A program made the translations under genes and the position numbers. From Takakia lepidozioides (lineage: Eukaryota; Plantae; Bryophyta): a stretch of 64,000 bases of DNA. Position 1 is the stretch's first letter; each line of letters begins with the position of its first letter. The stretch lies in the NCBI GenBank assembly GCA_030704615.1, contig CM060733.1, positions 49,042,001 through 49,106,000 on the forward strand. Direction: 5' to 3'. The notes under the pieces were generated by a model. That model worked only from the letters and a program-made list of their open reading frames with translations, made no database searches and was not told the origin of the DNA. This document shows positions 1 to 13,438 of the stretch, in pieces.

Positions 1-664
1 GAAGAAATGCTCAAAATAACGAAATTCCATCCCCAAATAGTAGTAAATGACCTGTGAATGAAACCATTTTTCATTCATCCCTAATATTTCACCTTTTAAA
101 AAACATTTGGAAGAATTTGTTTTTTAAAGGGAACAGAGGGGACAGAGGCCCTGATGAAACTTATTTAGAATTATTAGAGGGGGAAAATTAATCGAGTACA
201 CCATTCAAAGGCACACACATATTTCACCTTTCTGTCGACGGTTAAGTTAGTTAATTGGCCACAAAATCGTCCCATAAAATTTTGTTAAAGTAAAGGTTGG
301 ACGGAATACTTGTCTAGACCCATCCAAATCCCACAGAATGTCTCGTATCCCGAAATAGATATTCGAGTTTCGGACGTGCAGTTTCTGTGTGCCACCGTCT
401 CCAGGTGTCCAACATGTCATCACAGAAATAGAGTAAGAGAATGTCGGCGATGCCTCGGGACTGCAGCCTGCTCTGCACCGTCCACCTGTGCCTGCCTCTG
501 CTTTTGCATTCTTCACGATTTTTCTGCGCCTTCCGTGGACGGTGTTGCTGATGGACGATCCGAAGCTCCCGCATGTCCTGTACTTATGAGCGTCGGACAG
601 AACAAGGGGCTCCACGCATCCTTGAATTGAATGAGGGAACGAGTTTTGTCTCTAAGCTCTCGTT

Positions 665-849
665 CATTTCAGCTCTCGTCCTCTCTCTCCCGCTACATGC
701 ATTTCGCTCCAGCGAGCAGCCACGGAGGCATAGGACAGGTATTGTTTCTACTTAGGATTGCTTAGGAGATGCATTTCAGCTCTCGTTCTCTCTCTCCCGT
801 TACATGCATTTCGCTCCGGCCAGCAGCCATGGAGGCATAGGACGGGTAT
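665..849. repeat. Direct duplication of an ~80-bp unit (665-742 and 772-849) upstream of the elongase
   Basis: catttcagctctcgt(c/t)ctctctctcccg(c/t)tacatgcatttcgctcc...ggaggcataggac(a/g)ggtat occurs twice, 107 bp apart. Confidence 0.8.
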
Positions 850-2943
850 GGTGCATTTCAAAGTAGATGAGGAAGAGTATTTTTTGTTCGGAGGTTTCAG
901 GAGAGTGGCAAGCTGAATCGTGAAATCGGACACAGCCATAGGCTTTTGTCTCCAGCTCTTCCAACCGAGAGCTGAAAGAGTGTCTATCGAGGATTTTCAA
1001 TGTTGTAGCATTCAGTCGCGCTGAGTTACTTTCTTTATTAGGTGTATGTTGTGTGAGAGTCGATTGTCATTTGTCGTTGAAGTATCTTGTCTTTCCGTTT
1101 CGAAGGATTACCTCCTTGGTTGCTGCCCGATCTGAGCTGGCACCACTCCCGGCGTTCTTTTGGATGTGACGCTATACGGTTCCGTCATCTTCTTCCCCGG
1201 TTGCGCTGTTAATCTCTCGCAGGTACCTACCCCGCCAGTCCATGCTCTCATTCTCTCTTCGGAGTGAATATTGCTTAGGATTGCTGGCCGCGTTGGCCTG
1301 AACAACATATCCATTTCTCTATCAGTCTCGAGTCTCTCTGTTTCCTTTTCCTGTACAGTTGAATCAGTTTGTATGCCAGCCGTATGCGCTTCTTCTAACT
1401 CCTGTTTCTAGCATTTCAATGAATTACAACTGCAATAGGCTCGGTGCAATCCACACTGCAATTAGCTTACTTGTGAGTCGTAGCCATTGCTTTGTTGCTC
1501 TCGTCATGGTTTCCGTTGCACAGCGATGGCAACGCCATCCGCCTGTCTCCTAAGCGGGCACGGAGAGCCAAGATATGCCACAACTACTTGGCTTTGTGTT
1601 TAAAACGTCTGTGGTGTGGGGCGAGTAGTAAGTGTATTCATTGAATATGCCAGTCATTGCATACTTGCAGGCCCGGGCTCTGTTGCGAGTACAAGTAGAC
1701 TACTTGAGACTAGTAGCGCTTCTTTCTCTTTGCCGTTTGCAAATGCAGGTTTGAGTCTTGAACGGTGTGTGAGAGAATAAATGTACTCTGACTTTGCCTA
1801 AAGCAAGTTGCATCTTGCGGCCATTTCAAAGGATATACTTTAGCTCCCTCCATTACTCGTTTGTCTTACGCCTCAACATGTGATCTGTCGACAACGCGTT
1901 GCCGCTTCATGAGTCCTCCATTTGCTCAAAATCGACACATGGATCACGTGCGTTGCATCACATGGCAGTCTATGATCCCTTGCTTTGCAGGCCCACTAAG
2001 GCTCGGTGGCTACTCACCAGCTTTACACGCCTGTACTCTCCAAATCTATTGTTTTCTTTGCCCGAAATTTTGTTTGTGAAATTGCGAGGCCAACTTGCCA
2101 AGCCTGCGAGCATGGGCAATGAAAACCCCATTTACTGGTGTCTTAAGAATTTCCGACTTTTTTTTGTGATCATCCTTGTAGCTAAACTGCAGGCTTGCGG
2201 GGGACAACGCATTTGCATATTGAGAGGCCAAAGGATGTTTCCCATCCATGAGACGAAAAGGCCATTGCGGTCGTTCCATAACCGATTTTTAGAGCAGACT
2301 CGCTGACGTGGCGTGTTTCTACTGGATTTGAGGAGGGGTGCTGTATGTGGTATTCTACAACCTACTAGATTTTAACTACCTACCTACCTGCTGCGGGGAT
2401 GAAAACTTCATATCACAGCTCCAAATGGAAAGAAAACGTGGTGGTAGGTACGTACAAGGGTAAACTGACTAGCTCGCTGCCCTAAAATGATTGGCATCGC
2501 TGCTCTTAAAACCGGTTATGTCCGGTAGCGCTCGAGAGGAGCCCCTGCTACCGGATATAGCAGGTCGCCATGACTAATGCGGCTCGGTAGGTCCTGGCTC
2601 CCTGCTATATCCGGTAGCAGGGGCTCCTCTCGAATGCTACCTAGTCCGTAGTGATGACGTGGAGAAAATCTCCCCGTATTTCTGCAATCTGGGCGCCGGG
2701 TTACATGGACAGGTCCTGCTCTCGTCATGCTGGGTTGTCCTCTTCGTACTTTTAACTGAGATCTGGAGTCTGTAATTTCTGGACGACTACAGGCTGGATT
2801 GGAATCCCGGTCTGGCGGGACCCAGAATTTGGTATATGGGTGGAGATTGTGGAGGAGGTGGGTAGTTGGGATTAGAAAGTGCATGGAGGAGGCTGAAGAC
2901 CAGAGTGCTTGGCGCTGTGTTTTCGGTGCAGGAAGTGCAGGCG

Positions 2944-5172
2944 ATGGAGGTAGCATGGAGGGCGCTAGACGTGCATGTCACGGGGGCAGTGAATACAATA
3001 ATTAGGAAGGGCATGGGCGTACAGCTGACAGGCACCCCGCCCACGCAGGGGCTGCCCGGCGTGGACAGCCCCACGCCCATAGTGGTGGCGGTGATTTTGT
3101 ACATTGCCTGTGTGCTGGGGGGATTACTGTGGATTCGCGCCTTCGACCTCAAGCCACGGGTGAAAGAGCCCGCGCTGCTGCAGGGCCTGGTGCTAGTGCA
3201 TAACCTTTTCTGCTTTGGGCTCAGTTTCTACATGTGTATCGGTGTCATCTACCAGGCTGTTCTCAACAAGTACGCCTTCTTTCTTGGTTTTGTGTCCCAT
3301 GAACTTTTCTTTCCTTTTGTAATGTGCACGCCCCCTAAGCTTTTTTTCAAAATTAGCGCCTTCCTTTTTCACATTACATGTCATATTCGGGTCGGTGGAT
3401 GTTCTGCTGTTGCAATGTGGAAGTCCACTTCATCGAAAGTGAAGATGCAGTCAAAATTGAGGGTGAATACAGTGTACGAAAATGTTAGGCAAGAAGCAGC
3501 AGAGGCATTTTAATCGGGCTCTAGGATGTTTGTTGTTGCGTTAACGTGTAATGTGTCGGTGGGGGACCCAGGTACACCTTATGGGCCAATGCTTATAATC
3601 CTGAGCAGACTCAGGTATGCCTTTGACTCGGTGTCTTCGTTGCCTCGTTATTGTCTTGTACCCTGTAGGTGTCTGAGAACGAAAATGATGAGCAGTGCCT
3701 TCTCCACGGGATGAAATGAGGAAGCAAATGTCTCTTGGGATGTGCACAATTGCAGCAGAGAGTGAAAGAGAATGGTGAGGAAAGAGTCACTATTTTCTAG
3801 CTCCCATAGGTGATCCATTTTAGTTTGCAAATAGAAACAGTGACTTCAGGATTGTAGCAAAGCTCTTTGCTTTATTAGAGAGACAAAGGCCATCAAACTT
3901 GGCATCCAGTGGACAACAATCCAGTATACTGACCTGTGGTGATGGGATGTGGGTGCAGATGGCGTTCCTCGTCTACTTGTTTTATATGTCCAAATATGTT
4001 GAGTTCATGGACACGGTAATAGTTGCCTTTATGTAGCATTTATGGAGAATGAGTATTAGTGGGATTGTTAAAGTGATGAAGGTTCAATACAGAACACCCA
4101 TAATTTCTTGAGTGGGATAATGAGCTAGCTCTGGGTTCTCCACATTTGCTTCATCAAATCAGGGTTCACTTTCTTTTTGAGCCTGGGATCAGACGCAGTT
4201 TCCTTGGGCTTCAGTGAGAAATTGCCTCAGGGTTGCATAGGAGAGATGGTGTATATGCTTGCAAGGAAGTTTTAAGCTGCAGATAAAATGACAGGTTTGG
4301 AATGAGGGATGCAGATAATTATGCTACTTAAGCGCAATACGCGCCAAATCAGCTTCCTACACGTCTACCATCACTCGTCCATTTCTCTCATCTGGTGGGC
4401 TATAGCCCACCATGCCCCTGGTGGTGAAGGTATGTTTATTGCTCCATCTAAGCCGTATCTCACACTAATAAAAAGCTTCACAGAGATGTAAACAGTTGGT
4501 GCAATAACAGATGGGGATGGCAATCGCTAATGAAGTGAGAAAATTTCTTTGTGCAGCCTACTTTTCCGCAGCGTTGAACTCGGGGGTGCACGTGTTTATG
4601 TACCTTTACTATTTCTTGTCTGCTATATTTCGGAGTGATGACAAGCTGCGCCGCAAGTACCTTTTCTGGGGGAAGTAAGTAGCTCTGCAACAACTCAGAA
4701 GTCATATTCTGCGCATGGAGATCTCTAATGTTATACCCCTGGATCCATTGACCTTGAGGGGGTGGCATGACAATGCAGGTATTTGACACAGCTACAAATG
4801 CTGCAATTCTTGCTCAACATGATGCAAGCCTACTATGATCGCAAAGTGGCTGCCCCGTACTCACCCTTCTTGACAACAGTGCGCTTCCTTTCTTCAAGAC
4901 ATCCTGACTTGCTTTCTTTTCGTGACGTTTGGTTGTGGCTCAAGTTTGGTTGTCAGTGCTTGCCAGTATTTTGTTTGGCCAATATATTTCTTGTCAACAA
5001 TGGACTGGAGTTTGATCCATAGCAAGGTTTAAGACAGCTAACAAGGGTGTTGACCTGGTTGCAGATTTTGTTCTATTACATGATCTCCTTGTTACTCCTG
5101 TTTGCAAACTTTTATGTATGCAAATACACCTTGTCTTCAAAAGACAAGAGGAAGGAAACCAAGATCGAATGA
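2944..5172 (+). CDS. ELO: ELO/GNS1-family fatty-acid elongase, PUFA (delta-6-type, PSE1-like); 7 exons approx. 2944-3269, 3572-3614, 3959-4015, 4315-4429, 4557-4674, 4779-4878, 5065-5172
   Basis: Spliced product MEVAWRALD...DSPTPIV...HNLFCFGLSFYMC...LFYMSKYVEFMDT...ISFLHVYHHSS...NSGVHVFMYLYY...TQLQMLQF...KRKETKIE*. Contains the KxxExxDT, HxxHH, NxxxHxxMYxYY and TxxQxxQ elongase motifs, GT-AG introns and a Lys-rich C-terminus. Recognised as very similar to moss PSE1/ELO1. Confidence 0.95.
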
Positions 5173-6890
5173 GGTCTGAGTGCAATTGTTGGTGGGGCCC
5201 TTTCTACATCTCAAAACATTTAAATCAGTTGGATGGCCATGCATGAAAGCATTCATTCCTAGATGCCTATTCCAACATGTGCAGAGCTGGCTGTGGCCTT
5301 TGCTATTTTTGGAAGTGTTGACTCCGCACCGCCTCCGGTCCCAGCAGAACGTATTGCAGTAGGTTGTTACTGACAACTTAGTCGTCAAATTGCCCTCTTC
5401 TGCAGATTGCAGTTGGGAGCCCTGTAAAATGAGGTGTTCCATACCTTCCTCTACAAGTGTCAATTTGAAGCTCAAACACAATTTTGACTTGTGAAGCATC
5501 TCCCACAGCCAGTTTGCTTGGTCCCCTTCATGAACTAGTCGGCCTCTCACGTCTGGAAGTAGAAGCCAAACAAACAAATGTTTTACTTCCAGTGTGGTCT
5601 TCTAATTATAAAAAGCTTGAATTCTTGTTACCTGCACTAGTGGGAATGAGAACTTCTGAATTATTCTATCGAGCTTTGGAAATGAAGATGGAACTGCTGG
5701 TTATTGGCAATTCTGGGCAAGAGATTGAACGAGACAATGGTCCTCCAAACTACATGGGGTTTGTTCTCGTATTCAACACAACCTAGACTTCGATTCCACT
5801 TGTCTTGGTCTAGGTCCACAGTATAAAGCCAAAACAACCAAGCGAAACCATTTGCCAATGGCCATTCTTTACTGCTTGGTCCCTAGTGTAAAGCAGCTTT
5901 CATTGTCCATAGACACACTAAGGAGTAGATACCTTGCACTTCAAGCAGAAGCCGAAACAGAAGATTAACGTATGCATCTCCAAACAATCATTACCTTTGT
6001 AGGGGATCTGAACAACGCTGTAGCTGTGAGAGTCACTTTTTGGAATTGCATTAAGGAACCTTTGAACAATCAACCCAGTGAAAGCCATGGCGCCTAGTAA
6101 CAGAATCTTGTTTCAGTGTATCTATAGTTGGTGGTCCAAGCCATGTGCAAATGTGCACAATCCACAAAGAAAGTCTCATGTTACCCCCACAGTAGTCCCA
6201 ATACGGGAAAATCATTACAGCACGAGGTGAAGCAACATGTGTGATTGATACAATCTCTTGAATTTGTGCTCAATTTGCCAAATGGTGTAAAACTTGAGGC
6301 AGGAGGGAAACCACTTAAGAGAAAACACTAACAGAGAAACATAAGATTAGAACTGCATTCAAGTACCTTGCTTATTGAACATAATGCTACAATGCGGAGA
6401 TAAAAAGTTAAACTTGCCCATTCAGACATCAATGGAACAGATAAAAACCTCTATAGGGTAACCACTCTCTGACAGTGGGGAATGGAACCAGCAAACCAAT
6501 TTACATGTCCCCGAGAAACACCCTCTCCATAACACTTCCTGCTCCATCTACAGAAATATATATATCTCAAATGAGGAGATATGCTTGCATTACCTTCTAC
6601 CTGGATCTCCTATAGCGTTGTAGCAAATCTGCATCAGTTGATTAGGCCAATATAAGCAGCCAACCCAAAGAGATGACAAAACAGGAAGAGGTCGGGCAGG
6701 GGTGCGATACAGTGCCTTCGCATGCATCCAGTCGGGGAGAAAGAGGACGGTTAAGCGTGTGCTGGCCTATGGGGCAAGAAAGAGATCCCTTCTCTCTCGG
6801 AGGAGCTCCACCCACATTGAGATAATTGTATAGGATATAGTGAAGGGCAGATACCAACCCAAAACGGAAGGGGAGTGCCTAACAAGGATA

Positions 6891-9800
6891 CTACGAGCTA
6901 TTACGGGGACTACAACGCAGTGAATCGACTCGATCAATCACATCAAGCTCTTTAATCCTATCTATATCCAGCTCTAGAGGACTAAGACTATGGGGTCGCG
7001 CCAGTTTATACAGTGGAGAGGGTGTTTCACTCCTTGTTGTTGTACTTGGAGAATGGCTATTGCTCTTACTCAACCTTAGCATTTCACGATTTTGGGCAAC
7101 TCTACTGGAATCAAACTCCTGGGATTTACTCTGTCCTGGAAATAGTTTCCGCGGCTTCGGACATTCGATGTCACGCAACATGTCCTTATCTTCCTGCGAG
7201 AGCTCTGGACTGGATGCTCCTGCCGACCGAGGGCCACCATTTGCTGGTGGAGATGGTGGTGACAAGTTCGGAGCTGGTAAAGTGAATTTTGCAAACGGTC
7301 TTGACCGGATTGGTGACTTTTGTGGCGACCGGTGGCTATTACAACTTCTTGCCCGGCTTACCAAATGGTGAAGCCCCACAATGAGTTCTAGGATGTAACT
7401 CTCGACACTCTCTTGGTTGGCATGGTGCAATGTCTGTAGAAGTGTCAGATCTGAATGGCCCGAGGACCTTCGATCCCCTGATGACCTGCCTTGGAAAAAG
7501 CACACACTCAGCTCAAAGCACAAGCCCAGCTTACAGGAAAACTCAATGTAAAAGTGAGCACCATCATGACAACGAACTCAAATTACAGCTACCAACTTGA
7601 TAACATACGCAGTTCACTACGTTATCATGCCACCATATTGACACTAGTCAGAAGGGGCCAGGTTGTGTTGAAAACCGATACAGAAAAGTATTTCAGTAAG
7701 AGTCAAGCAGCAGTAAACTATAGAAAAAGAAAACCAAATATGAAAGATTGGATCTGAAACTGGGTGTGAGGCTCAAGAGTGCTAAAATGGTGAATATGCT
7801 CACCCTGTGTTTGCCCATTCTCCAACCCATCCAAATCCATGATGCGCCCTGTCCAGAGAATGCACACACAGATAATCAGAGGATGATAATTTACTCTGTT
7901 GGCAGATAGAGCCTCTCGCTACAATGAGCCCATGGACTCAGACAGATGAACAAGTGCTCCACTGCAATATGGCAAAGGTGCCTCACTTCAAACATCCTCA
8001 ACAAGCCACCAAAAGTGTCCAGGTAAGTATCGCCAACTTTTTACTCTTGTACATTAGAATCCAACTATGTGAGAATCAATAACCTGCACAAGACCAGTGA
8101 ATTCCCCTTCCAAAGCGGGGCAGCTCAGCCATTAACATGATCTAGCACTTGATATCAAAAGAGGTGCTAGACAATAAAATCCGCAAGGTCAAGTTGCAAC
8201 TTCCATGTATCAATATCATCATACTGCCATGCCAGTGAAATGGAGGCTTACTTAGTGGTGTTGGCTGCAACCGGAACCAGCCAGTCCAAGATTTTGTCTA
8301 AATCTCCTCTTATCTCTGCCACACTTTGCTGCAGGGAGAACAATGGTTCAGTAGGTACAAACAAGGCAGGGCTGGATGTGAATTGTACAAAAAATCAAAA
8401 GTGGGTGGGGGGGTGGGGAGTCAAAGATAGTATGTACTCAAGAGACGTTTACATAGACCCTGCGCCCTGGGCACAACAAGGGAGCAGACACTATCTTTGT
8501 GAGGGTTTCCAGTGGGACTTTGGTAAAAACAATTGGTTCGAGCTTTCCAGAATTCCTCTAGAAAGTCCTTCACACAAGCATCAATTTGCTGCGTGTGAGC
8601 TTCCCAGCAATTAGACCCCAACAGGGTCAGAGCTTTAGGCTCAACCTCAAGATTTTGAAAGTTGGTGAACAGAGGTGCAGGGACACGGGGTACACTTGGT
8701 ATTCTTGTTATTCTTTGGTGGTATTCTTGATGGTCCTTGCTCTCTGATGAGACTACCCCGGACATTGTATCAGAATAGGGATATTGTCTTCCGGCTGCCA
8801 GCACATCGGGCATTGACATTCTCCCTTTCCTCTCTGCATCTGTTTATTGTTCGAAACCCTGCCTGAGTTTAAATTTCAGTCTAGTGCCAAGGGTAGGGAG
8901 GCACTTCAGATCATCCTTAAGGTCCTCATCCATGTTGCAAACTGGAGACACGTTCAGGGAAGGACATTGTTCGGACATTCTTTGTGGTTCTGACATGGCC
9001 TTAGACACTTCATCCTCAAGTCAGCTTCATCTGGCAGGGTCAGTTCTTCCTGCATAATATTGAGGTATGTGAAAATCCCCTCATGCCCAGTCCTGCCTCC
9101 AAGAAATAAAGTCAATCATCTTAAGGTGTCTGGTATTAGGCATGCGATTCAACTGACCCCACCATCTCACCTTCAACTCATCACGTCAAGAGCTCAAGGT
9201 GGTACGCCAAACCAGCCCTGAACAGCCACGTTGCTGTTCTAGAGCATGCTGACATGCCCTCTTTGAGAACCGAAAGCTGTATGGATTCTAAAGTTTTAGC
9301 ATGGTTGGAGTTGTCAACCTACACAGCAGATGCGTACTCCAAGGTAGGTCTAAGAGCATGGTCTGTCTTACTTCTGTATTAATCCCTCTGCAGTGGGAAA
9401 ATTGACTGAGACCCAAAGCTTTGCAATTTGTTGTTTGAACCACTTTTTGTATATGCATCCCAGTTACAACTGGAGGAAAACTCAACACCAAGATATGTGT
9501 AGGAAGGGAGCACAGGGATCTCTTCACTGCCCCGTGTCCGTTTGAGATCTCTACTCCCTCCCCACGATCGTTGAAGGCCACCCACTGCGCATTTACTAAC
9601 ATTGGCTTCTACCCTCCACAGTACCTCTTCACACAATCATTCAATGAAAATTGGATAGGATATCCCCTAGGCCAGTGAAATCATCCGCAAACATAAGAGC
9701 TGGTATGGTGGCATCATCCACCTTTAACCCAAATGCCTCACTTTCCACATCTTTGAGGAGCTGATTACTTAAAACACTTAAGAGAAGTGGGGAGAGGAGT

Positions 9801-12800
9801 ACAGCCTTGAGCTACACCTTGGTCAATGTTAAAGAAACTAGACTTCTGGCCATTGACTTTTGGTGTTCACATACAGGTTGTGAACCATCCTCCACATCTT
9901 TCCTCTCACCCCAGAAGGCCACAGACGAAGCCACAGCCCATCGCGCCATACTGTGTCATAAGCCTTTTTACATCCAGGAAGAAGACACAAATGGGTTTTC
10001 CTGGTGAGTTACGGATAGAAAGGTAGAGAAACAAAGATAGAAAGAAAACCAAACGAGGGAGTAGTATACCTCATCCTTTCTGGAATTTTGCTGTAAGCGA
10101 TTGCGCAGAGAGGCCTTCAAAGTCGGGGGCAGACCTTGGTACAGTGTGTCCCTGGTGTTTGGTGGCACCGAGTTAGGTCTTGACACCTGCCAAAACGGTC
10201 ACGTGAATCTCTTTTCTGTTAGTCTGGTTGGCGTTGGGAATGACAAACAGCTGGAAGGAGAGAAACAGAAGTATAGAGTTAAGCGTCTAGGCTATGGTGA
10301 CATAACATCTGGAGAGAGAACTATTGTGACATCCTAGAAATACAGGGAGAGACAAAAATCTGCATATCGCAAAATCACTCAAAAGAGGTAATGCTAGACC
10401 AAGTTGTCGATCTGATTGATAATGTTGGCATAGTGAAGCGCCAGGCCTGATGACCCCAATTTTTCTGTCTTTCCTGTGTACTCCTCTGCCTCTGTAAACA
10501 CTGCACTCACCCTCACCCTCAAAAGCGAATAGCTCTTATGAATTTCAGTTCTGTCATTGGTACTGCTCCCTGTCGCTATCATTCACATGTTGTTAGGAAT
10601 TATTTCGCGGCACCATGTATTAAGGCCCTCATGAGGCACCTGTCCCTTGAAGATGCTGCCATTTCCCTCTGCTATGTTTCTCAATTAATTTTGCTTCTGT
10701 TAGATGTATCATCACACATAAGCCTGGAGACTAGTGAGAGCTGTCAGCAAATGTAGGCAGGTACTTCTCTAGTTGTCAGAAGCCACAGAACCTAACCTGA
10801 GTGAGAGAGAATGCGCTTGTTAGCTAAGCCAGGAGAGAATGTACTCATGCCATTCCCTGCAAACATTAGCCTAACGGCCATTGACCCCGCTAATCCGACA
10901 CACACAGAGCTCAGTCCCCACTATCTCTGAAAGATATAGAAGAATGCTTAAAAGAATGTGAACAAAACATACCACTGTTGCCAAAGGCATCATGAATTTC
11001 TTGATAAAGAAAGTAGACGATGTCCACGAGTTGCTCCATAACCTGCAGAAATGGTAGACCCTGTCAATAACTCTTCCCCCAGGTGGTCTTAATTGAAGAC
11101 TTCGTCACTGGTGAAAATTTGAAACAACAATCTATAGACAACACCAGTTAATGGGCTCAGACTAGAGTGCCTAATTCATTTCCCACTCTGTCACATAATT
11201 ATAATAAAGAGAAGGGGGGAGTAATCTTGAGACCGTGCCTTATAGCCTTGCGTTTACACATCCCATGCACCAGACCAGAGGAGAAAGGAGGGGGAGACAC
11301 AAGGGCACAACCATGGCAAGAACATTGATGTGGTAGAAATACAAGACTTCATTGTACTACATGACAAGTACCTCTTCAAGAATCTTAGCCCAGAGGGACC
11401 TCTTCTTGAGAGCCTTGACATGCTTCTCTTGGCTCTTCACTTCATTCTTCAGGAACGCAACACTGTCTCCTACAAACACATTCCCACACACACAACCCCA
11501 TCCTTCAATCACCAACTTATATCTCTCCCTCAATAATACACATTCATACAGCCAAATGGGTAGGAATATTATCAACTCACATGAACAGGGGAAGGAAAGA
11601 GCAGCTGTCAGCCTTTGGGGTTTCATTTAATTGGGTACCCAAATCTCAAGTTGTCCTTTAGAAGGGGTGGAAGTGGAGGGCAGGGGGAGAGAGAGAGAAT
11701 GTACTCATAAGACGTTGTTTGCTGTAGCCTTAGGGCCATAGACCCCACTCCCAGTTTAAATGGAGCAGACACTACGTTTGTGAGAGGTTCACTCAGTAGC
11801 GTGACTTACCTTGGTATAAACAATTGGTTCAGGCTTTCCAGATAAACCAAAGTGTCCTCACCCTCTTCCTAGATAATTATCCTGAAAAGGAAGGTCCCAA
11901 AGACCTGGTTTTTTGTTCTGCAGCATGAGCTGCTGTTGGACAAGGGGGGCAGGAGGGAGCGCACCACGCGCCGCAGCACCAGTGAAGAGCTCCTCTTCTA
12001 GTTGCTTGCGCTTCAAATCTGTATAGAATCGATCAAGTGCATGCAGTTCGTGGTACAACTCCTGCATCCGTTCACAACCCCTCAGGTCTCTCTTTTCTAC
12101 CATGTGAAAGCAAGGGGTTGCATTTCCAACAGACTTGCACACAAGTGGATTCTACTCAACATGGGGCCCTTCTTGCCTACCATTGCCTCAAGCCAAATCA
12201 ACTCACTGCCAGTGGCCAAGACTCCAAGCTTTGCCAGCATAGATTAGCCAAGTGGAGCATGATCTAATTCATGTAACCTAAAGAAATTTCCCTATAAATA
12301 CAATAGCCCATGTAGAGAACTGTGGATGTAGGTGTGGCTGAGGTCGGCTGAGAATGAGAACCCAGCTTTGGTTAGAGAAAACCAGCACAGCAATGGAAAG
12401 CATACTGCAGTATTTTGTGCAAGAAGCATCAAGTTCTCCATTAGAATGTCCGCCTCCTCTTTGGTTTGCCTTGGAATCTCCATCTCCACACCCAATCTGC
12501 ATTGCACCTCCCCCTCCTTCAGACACAACTTAAGAAGGCATGAGTCTTTCAGGATGAAGCTGAGAGACAGACAGACAGACAGACAGACAGAATGCACCCA
12601 TAAGACGTTGTTTACAGTAGCCTTGTGGCCGTAGACCTTACGCCCAGTTTGGGGGGATAAAAAGGGAGCAGACACTACCTTGTGTGGGGCTCACTGTGGT
12701 AGTGGGACTTACCTTTAGTTGTTCATATAGTGCATATTAACAGCTCATAGAACATTACCACTGATTCTATTTTTTCGAGTCAAGTGAAGTAAGGAGTGTA

Positions 12801-13396
12801 AATAACTCAACTTAAACAAGAGTCAAGTGGTTGGTACTAGCTTTACTCTCATTTTCAGGTTTCCTAATTCTGACACAAGGCATTGGCTACAGTAGACCAG
12901 CCAAAAGAGCAAATGTACATTGACCGGATCATGTAGAAGGTGTACACATGTACTCCAGCATGCTGCTGCTACAGGACCTAGCACAAGATATTAGGGATTA
13001 GTTTGCCATCAAATGTCATGTTGCCACCTGCATGGACGTACCATTCTCCTTTCTGTCTTCACAGACATGTATGTGGTAGCAGATAGTGGAAGGCACAAAA
13101 CCCTAATTCCACTTTGGCGTAAGAGGAAAATCCAAAATAGACTATCAAATTTCTCCTAAGAGAAATCTCAGAAATATATGTTGCTTTCAAACGTATTAGA
13201 GAATGTACTCATCAGACATTGTTTGCGGTAGCCTTGTGGCCATTGACCCCACATTCGAGCAGAACACAAAGGGACAGAAACTACCTTTGACAGGGGCTTA
13301 CGCCGGTAGTACGACTTATCTTGGAACAGACTCAAAGGTATTAGAGAATGTACTCATAAGACATTGTTTGCCGTAGCATTGTGCTTTCAAAAGTAC

Positions 13397-13438
<42 letters not shown>

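Noticed and set aside
310-630. Cys-rich 106-aa ORF resembling a zinc-binding protein
   Set aside because: Non-ATG start, no recognisable motif spacing and no homolog in the window
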